Positions 14,001-27,820 of a stretch of 64,000 nt of DNA are shown here, one piece after another (within the stretch, counting starts at the first letter, position 1; every line of letters begins with the position of its first letter). A model generated the notes under the pieces. That model had not been told where the DNA came from. It did no database searches and was given only the letters and a program-made list of their open reading frames with translations. The DNA comes from Lingula anatina (Eukaryota; Animalia; Brachiopoda), in contig CM120641.1 in assembly GCA_051362555.1 (NCBI GenBank), positions 24,806,401 to 24,870,400 of the forward strand. The letters run 5' to 3'. Both the position numbers and the translations under genes were made by a program.

Positions 14001-17000
14001 TGAAGGTGAACTTCAAAATCACTTATTTCAGAATTACATTTTTTGGCTATGATTTTGTTTTGAGTGCACAAGATAATGAGTCAGAACTTATATGTGCCAG
14101 ACATTATACCATGAAGTACCATTAGATACATTTTCATTGAAAAAAGTTTAATGCTGTTTTATCTATTTAATTTACAGATTTAAGCATAGAAGGCCTTGGC
14201 TTAAGGTTAGCATCTTTATATCTTGTTATTTATTTATTTATTTACATGCTTTTGTACAAGAATGGCAGCCAGGGTGTGCTGCAGGAGTAGAGGATTTAGT
14301 CTAGATGTTGCCAGATAGCAACATGTGGAAATCAAAGGCTAATTAATTATAAAGGGAGAAATGAGGTTTTTGGTTAGACTGATAATGCATGTTTTGATGA
14401 TAAAACACAATTTGGAATACGAGAACCATGAGCCACATATCCTGTTCAAGTGATCCACGTTTGTTTGATGGATATGTAACATCAAGTCACGACTCACGAG
14501 TCATGCAAGTCTGTTATCTCAAAACTTCAGCAGGGATTATTTTTAATGTTCTCCTGGTAGACCATGGTACTGCACTAAATTAAATTGCATGTAACAAGAC
14601 ATTAGTTAGATCTGCCGGGAAGGAGTGGGCCTGTCACCACTGGGAGGAGTGCTGAGGTTGTTTCTCCTCTGTAGCAATGATCAAAATCTGTTTCATCAGG
14701 GAAAGGGGGGGGGGGAGATTCAGGAGCAGATGTGAAATGCTTAAACTCGACATTAGCAAGAAAAAGATAAAAAGGATTTGATCTTCAAAAAAAGAAAGAG
14801 AGATTTAAGGAGAAATGTTCTACTATAGGTTTGACAGTATTTCAAGAATTTTTTTGTAATGAAGATAGCTTCCTATTATAGACTTTTGGTAAAGATTTTA
14901 TCTTCTAAGTAAGATGGTAATAAGGTCGTCCTTTTATCTCTGTCCTTTCAAGGTGAGATAATTTTTCACTGTCAGTGTCTTCGCATGCAGTTTATATAAA
15001 AAGGTCTGGTTTCAAAAGGGCAAAATTAAGCACGAGCTGTTCAATTAAAACATTTCTCTGTTATGTCAAAACTTTTTGCACAGACCTGTAAATATTTGCT
15101 TAGTGTTTGAGATGCTGCAGTCAACACAGAAGTGCATGACATTAACTTGAAAGAAAATTTTGAGCAGTTCTCTATTTTTTGCTTAATGTGATGTCTGTGG
15201 TTGTCTATTAACATAAATATTTATTTATCCTAGCTATTAGCCAGAGTGTGGTTGGGCGAATTCAAAGCTTAAATCATGGTGCATTGCCTTGACAGAAAAA
15301 TTTCTCTTTCAGTAAGGTGCTTATATGAATTATTATCTCCAATGAGACCTCTTGTGTAAGGTGCATGTAAAGATACTATTAGTCTGTGATAAAAATTGTT
15401 ATTGATGGTGAAACAAAACACATTTGGATAAGTAGTACTTTTCGAATATTTCATATTAACCAAATATTATGTGGGTTTAGGTTATGTTGGATCAATAATG
15501 TATGAATTGTTATGGTTGAGGGTCATTTTCTTTTTATGATTTTTCATTAAACAAAACACATGGAGTGCTGATATATTCCTCCAATTTTGTAAGTATGGTG
15601 TTTAGAATCACCCCTCAAGGAGGCTGATAAATATTAACAAAAAGCTTTCCTAAATTAAGGGGTCCAAAAGAGTCTCCTGTGAAAATAAAATTGTCCATTT
15701 AAGGTCAGAAGTATATGTGACCTCTCACTTTGATGATAGCTTTGGTCCCTTGTGAGGTTCGATTAAAACTGGACATACATTATAATGTCATTACTCACCC
15801 CAAATGTAGATTATGTCTCCGTAATGCCACTTAGACCAAAGAAAATAGAATTACATTGTTTTCTCCAGAGAGTTGTTACAGACTTAAGTCTTCCATTTTC
15901 GCCTAATTTGTATTTCCTAGAATCCCATATCATGAAAATTAATGGACAAGTTGCCAGGCAGATGATTGTCAGCAGACTGATATTTGAGGTAACGAAAAAA
16001 AACCCAGAAATTTTCCATAAAAGCACTTAGAATTGATATGAAAGATAAATCCATGTCCATTAGAAATCTACCAAAAAATGACAGTTATATAATTATTTTG
16101 GTAATCTAATTATATAAGATCAATCATTCATAACTGAAAAAAAAAATCAGATTTTGTTAGATTTACAAAACACTACTAGCATTTGTTTAATGAATTTTCT
16201 GACAGCTATAGTAACAGAATACATTAATTTTTGTGATTGAATTGAAGCACTGAAATCAAACACTGAGAATATTTTTGCAAGCATTGCACATAGGCAGCAA
16301 AAGACAGGCAGGTTTGGTTTGCCAGTAATATATTAATATAAGAAATTAAATTAATAATCAAAAGTTATTGTCATTTGACCTGTAGAGAACAAATTATTTT
16401 TAATCCATAATAGAACAAGGGAAAGCTCAAAAAGCAAGTTACAGTAACTAAAACCAACATTTTTCCAATATGTGGCTATTTTGATGTGGCCATGGCCATG
16501 CAGTTGTCATGAAGAGAGAGGCATATCCCACACCACAGGTTCGGTAACAACATAAAACCAAGCTGGAGTTCAAAGTTGCAGGAAAATGTGTTTTGGGCTG
16601 ATAAAGACAACATACACGGATTCTCCATTGCTATCATGAAGCCATCTGGAGTTGATTGGAAACAGCCAGGAAATACCAGCAGGCCCGGCACAAATTTTTA
16701 TAAAGAAAGGTCTTGTTTGGAAATAAGCATAAAAGATAGAGATCAGCTGGGACAGTAGCTTCCTCTCCTCTTCTCCCTTACTGCCTGCCACTGGTTTTGG
16801 TTCATTTGCCCACCAAGACCGTACAGATGTCACTGCCCAGAGAGGAGGTACGTGAATTGTCATTTTTTAAACCAGCGTCATCTTTCAGGATATGTGAATG
16901 TTGGAGTAACATGTGACTAAGGCACTGATATGAAAGTAAAACGCAAGTTTTTGCAGTGAGTCATGTTTTTGCCCCTGGTGCAGTTTACTCTTATTATTTG

Positions 17001-20000
17001 TCCTTTTTAAATTTCCATTTGGCATTTATGTCTTTTGCCACTCGTGATATACATTTGTTGAAAATCATACATTTGTTGAAAATTATTACTTGTTTGAATT
17101 TTGAAAAGATTGTATTGAATATGAGACTATGTTATTGTGGCTTTATTCATCAGATTTTATAGATGTTTAGTCTAGCTTGTCAATTAAGTTTTTTTGGGGG
17201 GGGGGAGAAGGAGTAGGTACTAGAATCAGTTTAGACTGAACGTTGAAAACTTCAGTCTCTAGTAATGTTGTAAAGTTTAAGATCTAAATACCAAGTGGAA
17301 TCATTTCAGACACCAAATTATTGCCACAAGACCTCTTCCTTTAAGTATATTTTAACATGAGATCTGGGCTTTACCACAAGTTGTGACCCATTTAATGGTG
17401 TTATTCTCAAGTTTGACTTTTTACTATAATAGCAGACAATAGTAGTGCCTGTGTTTGGTGTATCAATATGCCAACTACTGTTACATGTGAATAAAAAGTA
17501 TAATTGGACTGTTACCATATCAACAATGGGACACTTGATGTAAGGTGTTTAGTCATGTAATACTTGTGCAGTCAGATAGAAGAGAATATAATAGGAGATT
17601 TGTACACCAGTTTGGAGGTATAACTTCTCTCAAAAGTATCTTGTTAGTTCATTTCCTATCTTGTTGCTCTCAAAATGGTCCATGGTCACACCATACATAG
17701 TAGCATTTGGCACCTTTGAATGTATACCTTATCCATCCTCTTTATTGATTTTTTCATGTTCTTTTTCATTCTTTGTGTGGATATTTAAAAAAATGTTGGA
17801 AACCATGAGATCCTTTGCAATTTTTAGTGCTCACCACCTATCAACATACCCAAGTTCTAAAATTAGTAATAGCTAATAGATGAATGATTTTGAGGTCATA
17901 TTCTTTTTGTCTACATTTATGCCTAGAAAACATTGTATTTATGGTTTTTCTTATAATTTTCACTGGTAGATAATGAGCTGGTCAGTCAGTACGTCTGCCT
18001 GTCAATCTCTTAGTTGGTCTGGCTCTCCGTCTGTCAGTTAGACCCCATTCCCATACCTAGATCAATCTAGCAGGATCGACCCATCTCAAAGGGGATTCTC
18101 GCTAAAGTGCATTCAGATTTAGGCTTCATTCACATGCAATGTCTATTTTCTAAATTCTATTTTCTATTCGCGGTATGTCTTATGATCATGGTCTGTGCCC
18201 TGAATATCCCGCAGCGTAATTACTGGCAGTGCGAGCCAGTTACTATAAGTTACTATAAGTAACTGGCTTGCGCTGCCGGTAATTACGCCGCGGGATATTC
18301 AGGGCACAGACCGTGATCATAAGATAGCGCGAATAGAAAATAGATTTTTAGAAAATAGACATTCCATGTGAACGAAGCCTAAGTGACCTAGATGTATTGC
18401 ATGTCTACTGAAGCTGCTAAGCAATAACTAATTACCCCCTGACAGCTTCAGTAGGCATGCCAGACATATCATAACCGCATCATAACCATGCAGACATTGT
18501 AATTAGACTGATTATAATTTAGCGCGAAACCCCTCAGAGATGGGTCAATACTGCTAGATCGATCTAGTTATGTAAATGGGGTCTTAGTTGGTCAGTCAGT
18601 CATTCAGTCACCCCCTAGTAACTATGCTAACACACTCACCATTGGAATAATAGCATGGCATAAAGAACAGTGACTGTCATATGTCTCCCTTTACTGACAA
18701 CAGGTGGTGTGAAAGTTTTACCAGCCTTTCTCCTGACCCCAAGGTCAGATCGGGGCACTCACAGGATGATGAACACTGTCAGGTATGATAGATGAAAGCA
18801 CTTTCTTTGATTTATTTTATTAGCTGGGTGTCAAGGAGGCAATTGGGCATAAAAGCTTAATAATGGCAATGATTGATGTGGTTAAGAGACACTTAGACTA
18901 CCTTTTTAGCAGAGATAATGTGCACTTACCACTAAAATGTCTTTTACAATTTCACGCTAAGACAGTTCAAGGTAGCCCTGTGATTATGAAATGCATGTGA
19001 TAAAGATAAGATTATATACATAGTTTGTAAAAATTGTTTTCTTAATATTTTTATTGCATCATCTGATTAACCTTCCTTAATATTGTTGAATATTGTTATA
19101 GTTTGGATAATAAATGAGTCATCTAGGACAATTGGTGTCAGTAAACATCCTTGATAAGCTGTATTACTCTTTGACATGCAACATTACTCTGTGGGCCATT
19201 ATATTTTCTTTTTCCTTCATGGCAACAATTCTCCTGTAGAAAACTTTTTGACAGTAAACATACCAGAACATCAGCGTCTGTTAATTGGATTTCAGCATTA
19301 ATTTATTTGTAGACATTTAAATGTTAAAGATGGGACAAAAACTACACCTGGGTCTTTCTGTAGTTTGTTTAATGTCATTACTCTATCATAAATACAATTG
19401 TTGTCATCATTATCATCACCCTCCATTCTTTGGAAGAATAGCAGGGACGTGGTCACCCAGAGTTGCCTCTGTCTCATTATTCCTAGTATCTCATTTGGTT
19501 GCAGACTAGTATCATTCATGGTGATTGAACAGGTTGGATTTGGTCTGTGGTGTCCAAATATAAACTTGGAGACTGGTTGGTCTCATGTTAAGGCACAGTG
19601 CCCAGCAAATTTAAGTCTCTAATTGTCAAAAAAAAAAAAAAAAAAAAAAAACCCTGAATTGCAGTCAAAAGCCAACAATGAGCTAAGGAAAATTACAGTT
19701 GACAGCTCGCCCATCATTCTCTGCCCACTAATGTCTGATTATAGACCACTTGGTAAAAGTGCACTTCAGACTGAAATGATTGTCAAAAGGGCCTCAGAGT
19801 ATTTATGTGAGTAAAACAGTAGCACATTAATCAAAGATGTATGGAGTGTGATGGATTATGGTTTATGAAGTCTTTGTCTTCTGGGGGTTTTGACATTTAT
19901 CTAGAATAATATTAAGCTCTGTCCAAAGAAAGAAAGAAAGATATGTTCAGAAATAAATTGTGTAGCCCGATGATTCTCATAGTAACATTCTAAAAAAAAT

Positions 20001-23000
20001 TATGCAAACAAAGTATGAATATAAATACAAGGAAGGAATGCTTTCCAAGCATTTTTTTCTCATGCAATTTGTTTACAAGCATAAACTAAGGTGTATATTA
20101 ACAAAACCCATTTTTCTGTGATGCATATTTTGTCTAAGCACTACCTAAATGTAGTCATATAATTGCAGTAATATTCCATTATTCCCTCATCTATTTTGTA
20201 TCTTGGTGTATTGAAATCATTTCATAATTGATGAAAAATTAAGTGTTCAGATAATGTGGAAAAAGAACATTTCATCTGAAATCGTAAGAAAATTTCCAAC
20301 ATTCTGTTTCACTGTCGAGCCTCATTACACATTTAGAACCATTTCTCTGACCATAATTATTGATTTGTTTCAAACATTGTAGGTGGAGAACTGCTATTTG
20401 GTATATAAACTGTTATTTTAAGGTATTTTCATAGCTTATACAACACTCCTATTTGTTGGTTATATAGAAATGAAGTCGTAAGTGTATGCTGGGAATACTG
20501 ACAGTGAATATTATAGTTGAGCAAAAAAAGTACAGAATTCTTTTAAGTCAATGTCAAGTTTTCTGTTGGTTTTATTATGCTGCACAGGGTGAAGAAATAA
20601 ATAAGTGAGGGTAAGATGAAAACAAAACGGTGAAAAACACAATTCACCAGAACAGATTGCTGCAGAGAAGACAGCTGTGAATGTGATGGAGGGCATGGAT
20701 GCATCCAAATCTATCAAATTCAAATGTAGCCTGGTTTTAGTTAAAAAGAACAGACCTAACTAGGCATAATTTTGCCAAAAAAATTTATTTAGTTAAAGGC
20801 AATCTTAAATCATCTCAACACCTTTGGCTGCTTTGTTTTACTGCTTTACTAGTAAAAAGGTACTATTTTATTTTTATGTTTCCATTTGCTAGCAGAGAAG
20901 ATTTTCTACATATCCAATTTCCTGAAAAATTATCTCTTTGGTTCTAATTTGCAGGAAGTGCACTCTGATCATTATCTGAAAAAATTGATTAGTCAGTTAC
21001 ATTTTAGGCGGGCTGGATTCTGTCTGTTCAGTTAAACTATATATTCAGTCTGCCTTGGGATTAAAAAAAAAGAGATATAACCTGAAGATTGTGCACTGTG
21101 AAAAACGCAAAGGTTATACGAGTATAAAAATCATATATGATATTAACATTTGTATCGGTCAATAAATCCAGGAAACAATAGCCGTCAGCTGACCTGCGTA
21201 TTTCTATCACATGACATTTGTATCATCATATTTAATAGAGCAAAATGAGCCATTATGTTAGTCAGCCAAGGTTGCCATGGAAACGAAATGGTGATGAAGA
21301 TCCCCTTATGTCCTCCTCACATGTGTTCTCAGTTGCCATTAGATAGGGAAGTCTCTTTGAATGCATCTGTTTATGAAGGATACAGCGAGAAGCAGCATGA
21401 GTCTGGTGCTGGCCAGAGTGGGGATACAGGTAAAGTTTTAACCCACTTAATTCAAGATGCACAAAAGACAAGATGAGTGCTGAGGTTTCTTGGTGTCGTA
21501 GTGTCTACATAATATATAACTGAAGTTATGTGCTAACATGGTGGTTTTCACAATATTGTTGTATAACATATTGGATGTTATACAACATTGTTAACACATT
21601 GAGTATACATTTTTATATATATATGGATGTACTTGCCGTGATAAAAGATATTACTTTTGATCCATATTACTGCAGATTGTGGTCTTACTGGTGAACTTTG
21701 AGTTATAAGCATACTAGTATGTATTGATTTAACAATATGCACTTTAAGCATTTGACTCTGTATGTTGTTTCTGGCTAAGATCAAATGCTTGAGCTGTTCA
21801 TAGACATCCTGGCGTCTTCTTTGAAGGCTTATTATGGAACAAAATGCCATATGGAGGTATTGTCAATTGATTTCTCGTTGTTCTCAGAAGGATTATCAGT
21901 TGGATAAGTTGTGCTTCTTTCGTCTTGCTCTAGATATCTCAGGAAGCTGAAGCCTAAGAGCAATTATACTTTATATTTTCATAAACTTAAAAAAAACATT
22001 TTTTTTAATATTTAGGGATTGAAAACAATGGGGCTGGAAAAGAGAGAATGTGGTTATATTTTGTGGTTGAAATATAAACATCTTATCACAGAGCAGCAAG
22101 GGCTTGCTGTCAAAACTTGATTAATTCTCACAGCACACAACTTCATAAGATCTGATAATTTTGTACTGTAAATGTAATTGGGTATTTTCTAGCATCCTGC
22201 AATATCTCCCCAGTGTATATAGGTCACTCAGCAGAGTTCACTGAACAGACAAGATGAGCTTTGTTATTTTCTCATCACTGTTGTAATAAATCTCTCCCAA
22301 ATGACCTGTTTCAGCTTTGTGTCCAACATTTTCCCCATCCACTAAGCTCTTCATGAAGGATCTAATGGAAGAAACAGGGGACTGAAATAAGAGATACCTT
22401 GTCCAGGTTTGAATCGGTTGATGTATGTAATCAGAAGGGGTGTATTTGACCAGATATCCAATTGCCTTGCACCCAGTATGCAAAGGACCTCAAGCTGAAA
22501 GTTGGTCTTAATTTGAAGACTAATAATTTTGGTCAACGTTGATCTAGAAGAAATCTGTCATGTCTTCTGTAATAAAATAATAATTGACATAAACAAGGAT
22601 CTCTTACTTTTTGTTGAACAGGCCCAATTGCCTTTTGAAGTGGATATTATATATATATATATTGTGTTAAAGGTGACTGAAATTATCTGCCTAAAAGTCA
22701 AATCTGTCTTTTAGGTTAAGTTCTTTTGTAATACTGACCCCTGGATCCCTATAGAGAGCCTGACATAATGTACATAAATGGAAAGGAAGGCACACCAGTA
22801 GGACACTACTTAATCAGGAAACTTAGTGAATTTTTATCAAGTCAACACTGAGTGCAAGTTGTAAAATCTTCTTATTTAAGCTTTCTTTCATGTGTCTGAT
22901 TCAGGTAGAATATACAGTACTTGAAGGACAAGGGGTTAAATATAATCAACAAAATCATCTTTAAAGAGCTGAATAAAGATATGGACTAATGTCAGCAGTG

Positions 23001-26000
23001 GAACCAAAAGCAGTTATGACCCCCCTAACTTGGTTGTATATTTTTATTGTTAATAAAAAATGGAATTTAACAAAAGGAAAAATAAGAGAATTTTGCCTGC
23101 AGTTTAGCTGAAAAATGCACATACTAATAAACATCTTATGTAAAACTTGACTTTTGTCTTCTAAATAGATGTGCAAATGTACATGTTTTACTGCTCAGTA
23201 CATTATTTTGGGTGATATTGGGTTTTTTTTCATCAAATCACCCCCAAAAAGGTTTTTTTCATGCTTGGTTATCATAATACAAAAAATGATAGTGATCTTT
23301 TATGTGGTTTTCAGATTCTATAACGTCCAAATCTGATAAAAAAGGCGTTTTTTTTTCTGTTAAAGAATGGATGTAGAAAATTTTGCCATTTTATCTGTTT
23401 TCCCTACTTTATCATAGTTAAGTTGCTGACAAAGTTGAACAGGAGACATGAAAATTCATACATAACATTTGGACATGTCCTAGACCTTCATTTTAAGGTC
23501 AGGTTGGTTAAATTTCCAGTTTTATGGTATTAAAATGCTTGTGATCATTTCTTCATCAGATAGGTCAAATTCATATTACATATACTGTAGTGGTTTGTAT
23601 CAGTAGGTATCTGCCAGATCTGTCAAGATTTTAGGATCAATGCATCCATTATCACAGATGTGGCTCTCAGCCAATATAAAGCCTAGTTTTGTATCATTTG
23701 TTGCCATTTTACTATAAATACATCTTTTTTCTTTTTCCCCTTAAATCCTCCTTCATCCATCTTTCAAGCAAGAAAAAAAAATGCTAAGAAATTGTCATAC
23801 TTCAAACCCACATCTCGACTTATCACCTTTTGAAATCCATAGATATAGTGTATGATCTAGTTAATTTAAGACTGACATTTTTCAGGAGGATTTCATCACA
23901 TAGATTGAGGGTTTCAGCCGTTTTTCTTGTTCTTATCCGAATTCCATCATTTCAGGGAAAATATCAGCAATATTTGATGTATTTGAACAAACCACCAGCT
24001 TTTGTTTGATGAATCGTAATTGCAGTTTTTCAATATGAAGCTTGTCAGTAATTTTTCCCGTCCCCATTCATCATAGTTATTTAGGAAGTTGGACAGAACT
24101 GTAAGATCAAACTGCTTTTCTTTCAGTGATGTGATAATGGGGTTGCACAGAAATGATTGTGCTTCAGATAATTACATTGTCTCATTCAAAACTGACTGAA
24201 TACACAAATGATAATAATAATAATAATAATAATATTTGAATACCTTTGAATGAATGAAATTTTTCACTGTGAGAAATAATTATTATTCCATTATTTCAAA
24301 CAGTTTGTAATAAGTTGAATTAAAAAAAAAAATGTAGCATATTTCTCTAGAATGACAAAATTTAATTTATGAGTTGCATTTTATAGAAATATGATTCTTA
24401 AGCTGATTTCTAACATGAGGAAGATTGTGTTAAAATTTTTCGTCCATTTCCCTTGTGTCAATTTCAACTAAAGTGAAATGTACAACAATGTTGATTTCAG
24501 CAATGTACAATTTTGTCAATTTCAGAAATGTACATGTCGTCTGCTTTGTTTATCATATTTATAGAAGACCCCTTTTTCTGTGCAAAATGTATCCCATCTT
24601 TGATCCTCAACAGAAAATATTTTCAGATGAAGATGATTGGGAACGATTAAATTCAGAAATGTGGGTGAGTTGGCTCTTGCTGTTTCCTGATGTTCATTTG
24701 TTTACACAGAGCTAAGGCATCTGGGAATGGTTCCTGACCTTCATGTGTTTGACAAACCAATTTAAGGGAGTAAATTGATCTGACCTTATCTTGTGAGCTG
24801 AACTTTGCTAGGAATTTCATTAATACTTAAAGAAAGAGAAAGTTGATAAAAGCTGATGATAGCCTAGAGAGTAAACCTGTAAGCTTTCCAAGGAATTTTA
24901 GGAGGATCCAACTCTTCTGATAGGCAGATGCATATGGTCCTGCTGTTTGGGAGGAAAATTGTATTAGATTACTTGGCATCCAGCTGACCCTTTTCTTCAA
25001 AGACAAGCAGTTCTTAATTTAGAGTATTATCAGTGGCAGTAACTTGGATGGTTGTTCCTGCAAAAGTTTTAGTGAGAAAGTTAAGTTTAGAGTATCTCTT
25101 TCTCATGTTCAGTCAGTTCTGAAGGATAAACAGAAGAGTTCTCAAACTTTATTGAAGAATGTGGCCAGCAGCTTTGGCAGCAAAAGGACTGGTAATGTAT
25201 TACATTTAACATTAAGATGTAAAAACTTAATATTGATTTAAATTCTCTGATTTTAGGAAGGCTAAAAGGAAGTTTCAAAAGTAGACAAGAGGCGAGACAA
25301 TTCGGAAAGAGATAATTTACAAAACATTGAATGGTTTGAATTTTGGGTTCTACACCTCATTCTTTACTGTTTAAGAAATTTTCTATTGGCTTAACATTAA
25401 TTACTTATTTTTCAAAGAATGCATGGCTAACATATATAACTGATGTGAATGTACATAAATTTGTATGACCTACATTGGTCTGCATATCAGCTAGGTCTGT
25501 TGAGATGCTGATTTTAAAATTCTTATTCTCTGAAACATCTCTTGCAAGAGGAAATTGGCATAGAGTTTTATGATTATGGATTGCCTGTTTTAACTAAACG
25601 TACTAACAGTAACTGTGTGGTAAATTTAAGGACGGATTACTTTTTCCACCGCCATAATGCCCAAAAATAGTGTGGAACTTAGGGCCGCTGTTTTGACATA
25701 TGGCAGCAAATGGTTTTCGTTAGTATCAGTTTACATAGTGATTCAGCTTGGAGTTGGTATGCCAGCTGTGACGTAAAAACCACAGAAATACTCCAAATTG
25801 GCCATGATATGTATTGGAGGGTATTCCACATGTACACTTGGGTTAATTTTTCTGCTTTGGATAAGGCATATTAATCTGCAGCACACATTTTCATGAAGTC
25901 TTGTTGACAGTTTTGGTCATCAATAAGATTGGCCATGGGGTAATTAGGATTATATTGATGGTTTCCCTCTGCTAAAAATGACCAGAGCCATTTTTTGTCT

Positions 26001-27774
26001 AGTTAGGAATATTTATTCCCATTCTTAACACAAGGCACAGACATGCGTATTTATCTTAAGGATGTGCTTATATAACCTATTCCAAGCAGTTCAGACTCAG
26101 GGTGGGTTGTTTTACCAGGCAGAGAATCTAAGATATGGCCTTGAGCTGTTGGTCTTTAAGAAAGTATATTAGATTTAAAATGTAGAGCCACTTATCTTAG
26201 ATGTGCAGAAAGTGGATTTGATTTTCTTTTCTGTGATGTTTTATTGATTGTATACCATATAGTAGAATTATTTTTTAAAAGGGTGGGAACTGCATATTTG
26301 TGAAAGGAGTTTCAAACCCTGTTCACACAACAGCCATTTATCCGGATAAATCAAATCCAGTCACAGTTCGAATAATTGTGCTAGTGTGCATGCATGACTA
26401 ATTTTGCTAATAAGGGATTCTCAAAATCCTGGATTGGATTTTTTACACCAATTGGAATATCTTACCTAAACTAGCACCTAGTTAGGGTCTTACTGTCCAT
26501 GGGCACGCAGTGAGAGGAAACAAACTTCTTTTATGGTCTTTTGCTGTTTAAATATGATTTCCAAGAATGCTGGAATGACTTTTGAATTGCATTTGATGTA
26601 ACAAATTAAAACAGACAAAAAACTCGGTAAGAATAGAGCAGTAATTATTGCCACATTTTTGTATGCACAGGGTTTTCCTTTGCAGTGCATGTGCAATTGT
26701 TCAAACAGGAAGCAGCACCTGTATTTTCAGCATCTGATTCTGTTTTGCTTTGCTGTGTGTGTACAGGGAAGCTAATTGAATTTTTTATTTGAAATGCAAA
26801 TTTGAAATATCAGATGGTAGTATTTCTGTCTATGTGACCCAAATGCACAGTTATATGGATACAAAATAGTGGCCTGAAGTATTCACTAATAGGTAAGGTA
26901 TAAATGGTCACTAAGGCTAGCTTGTGTGCATAATCCTAGGAATGTGGTGGTTTTCAGCTGTTAGATGAGAACTTTGGAAGGGGTAAGCTTCAAGAAATAG
27001 CTGTAATTCTAACTCCCAAGACTGAACAAATTAAATGTCAAACTGGGCTCAGTTTTTCTAGATTGGTGTGAAGATGTCAGATGAGATAAATCAAAATCAA
27101 TCACAGTGCCACACTATACCAAGGGGAATGGCTATGGAGTGGTCCTAGCAGAAGTCAGAATGGACCTAATGTAAGTCTTGTCTTGTACCAGAGAAGACTT
27201 GATAGATAGAAGCCGTGGGCTAACATCATTATCTCACATTATGTGTCATTAGAAGTGATGGAGAGTTAGCATGATACCAGAACATCTCTGAGAAATACTC
27301 TTACACCATAGTGATTGTTTCCGTGCAGTACTTGACTGCCTATTATTACTTTTCCACCTATATTTTATATCGTCTACTGGAAAACCCCACAACAAAGGAT
27401 GCAGGAGAAATAGTGATGTCTTTTGCACTTTTTAATGTAATTTTTCATTCAGTAGGACTTGAGTTTGTGAGCTATTACTGGTTATATGTAAATGCCCTTG
27501 GAAGACATTTTCTGGATCCCAAAGGTGCTTTTTTTTTAACTCCGTAAAAATTAGAAATTGAGGCTAGGTATCAGTTATTAAATTGATCAAGTTATCTTTC
27601 CCTTTCATTTGGCATGCATCTATAAGTTGTAATAAAGATATCATAATTATATCTTCTGATTGTCTGCTTTAATCATGTTAGTTTGCATGTAATGGTACAA
27701 TTTTTTTTTCTTTTTGGCATTTAGATGATGAAAAATGTTGGACATGCAGGTATCATCTGATGTCCTTATATTCA

Positions 27775-27820
<46 letters not shown>

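Noticed and set aside
16576-16853. GC-richer block with donor GAG|GTACGT (possible first exon MSLPREE)
   Set aside because: Only 7 codons in the compatible phase, longer frames hit stops, and there is no independent support.
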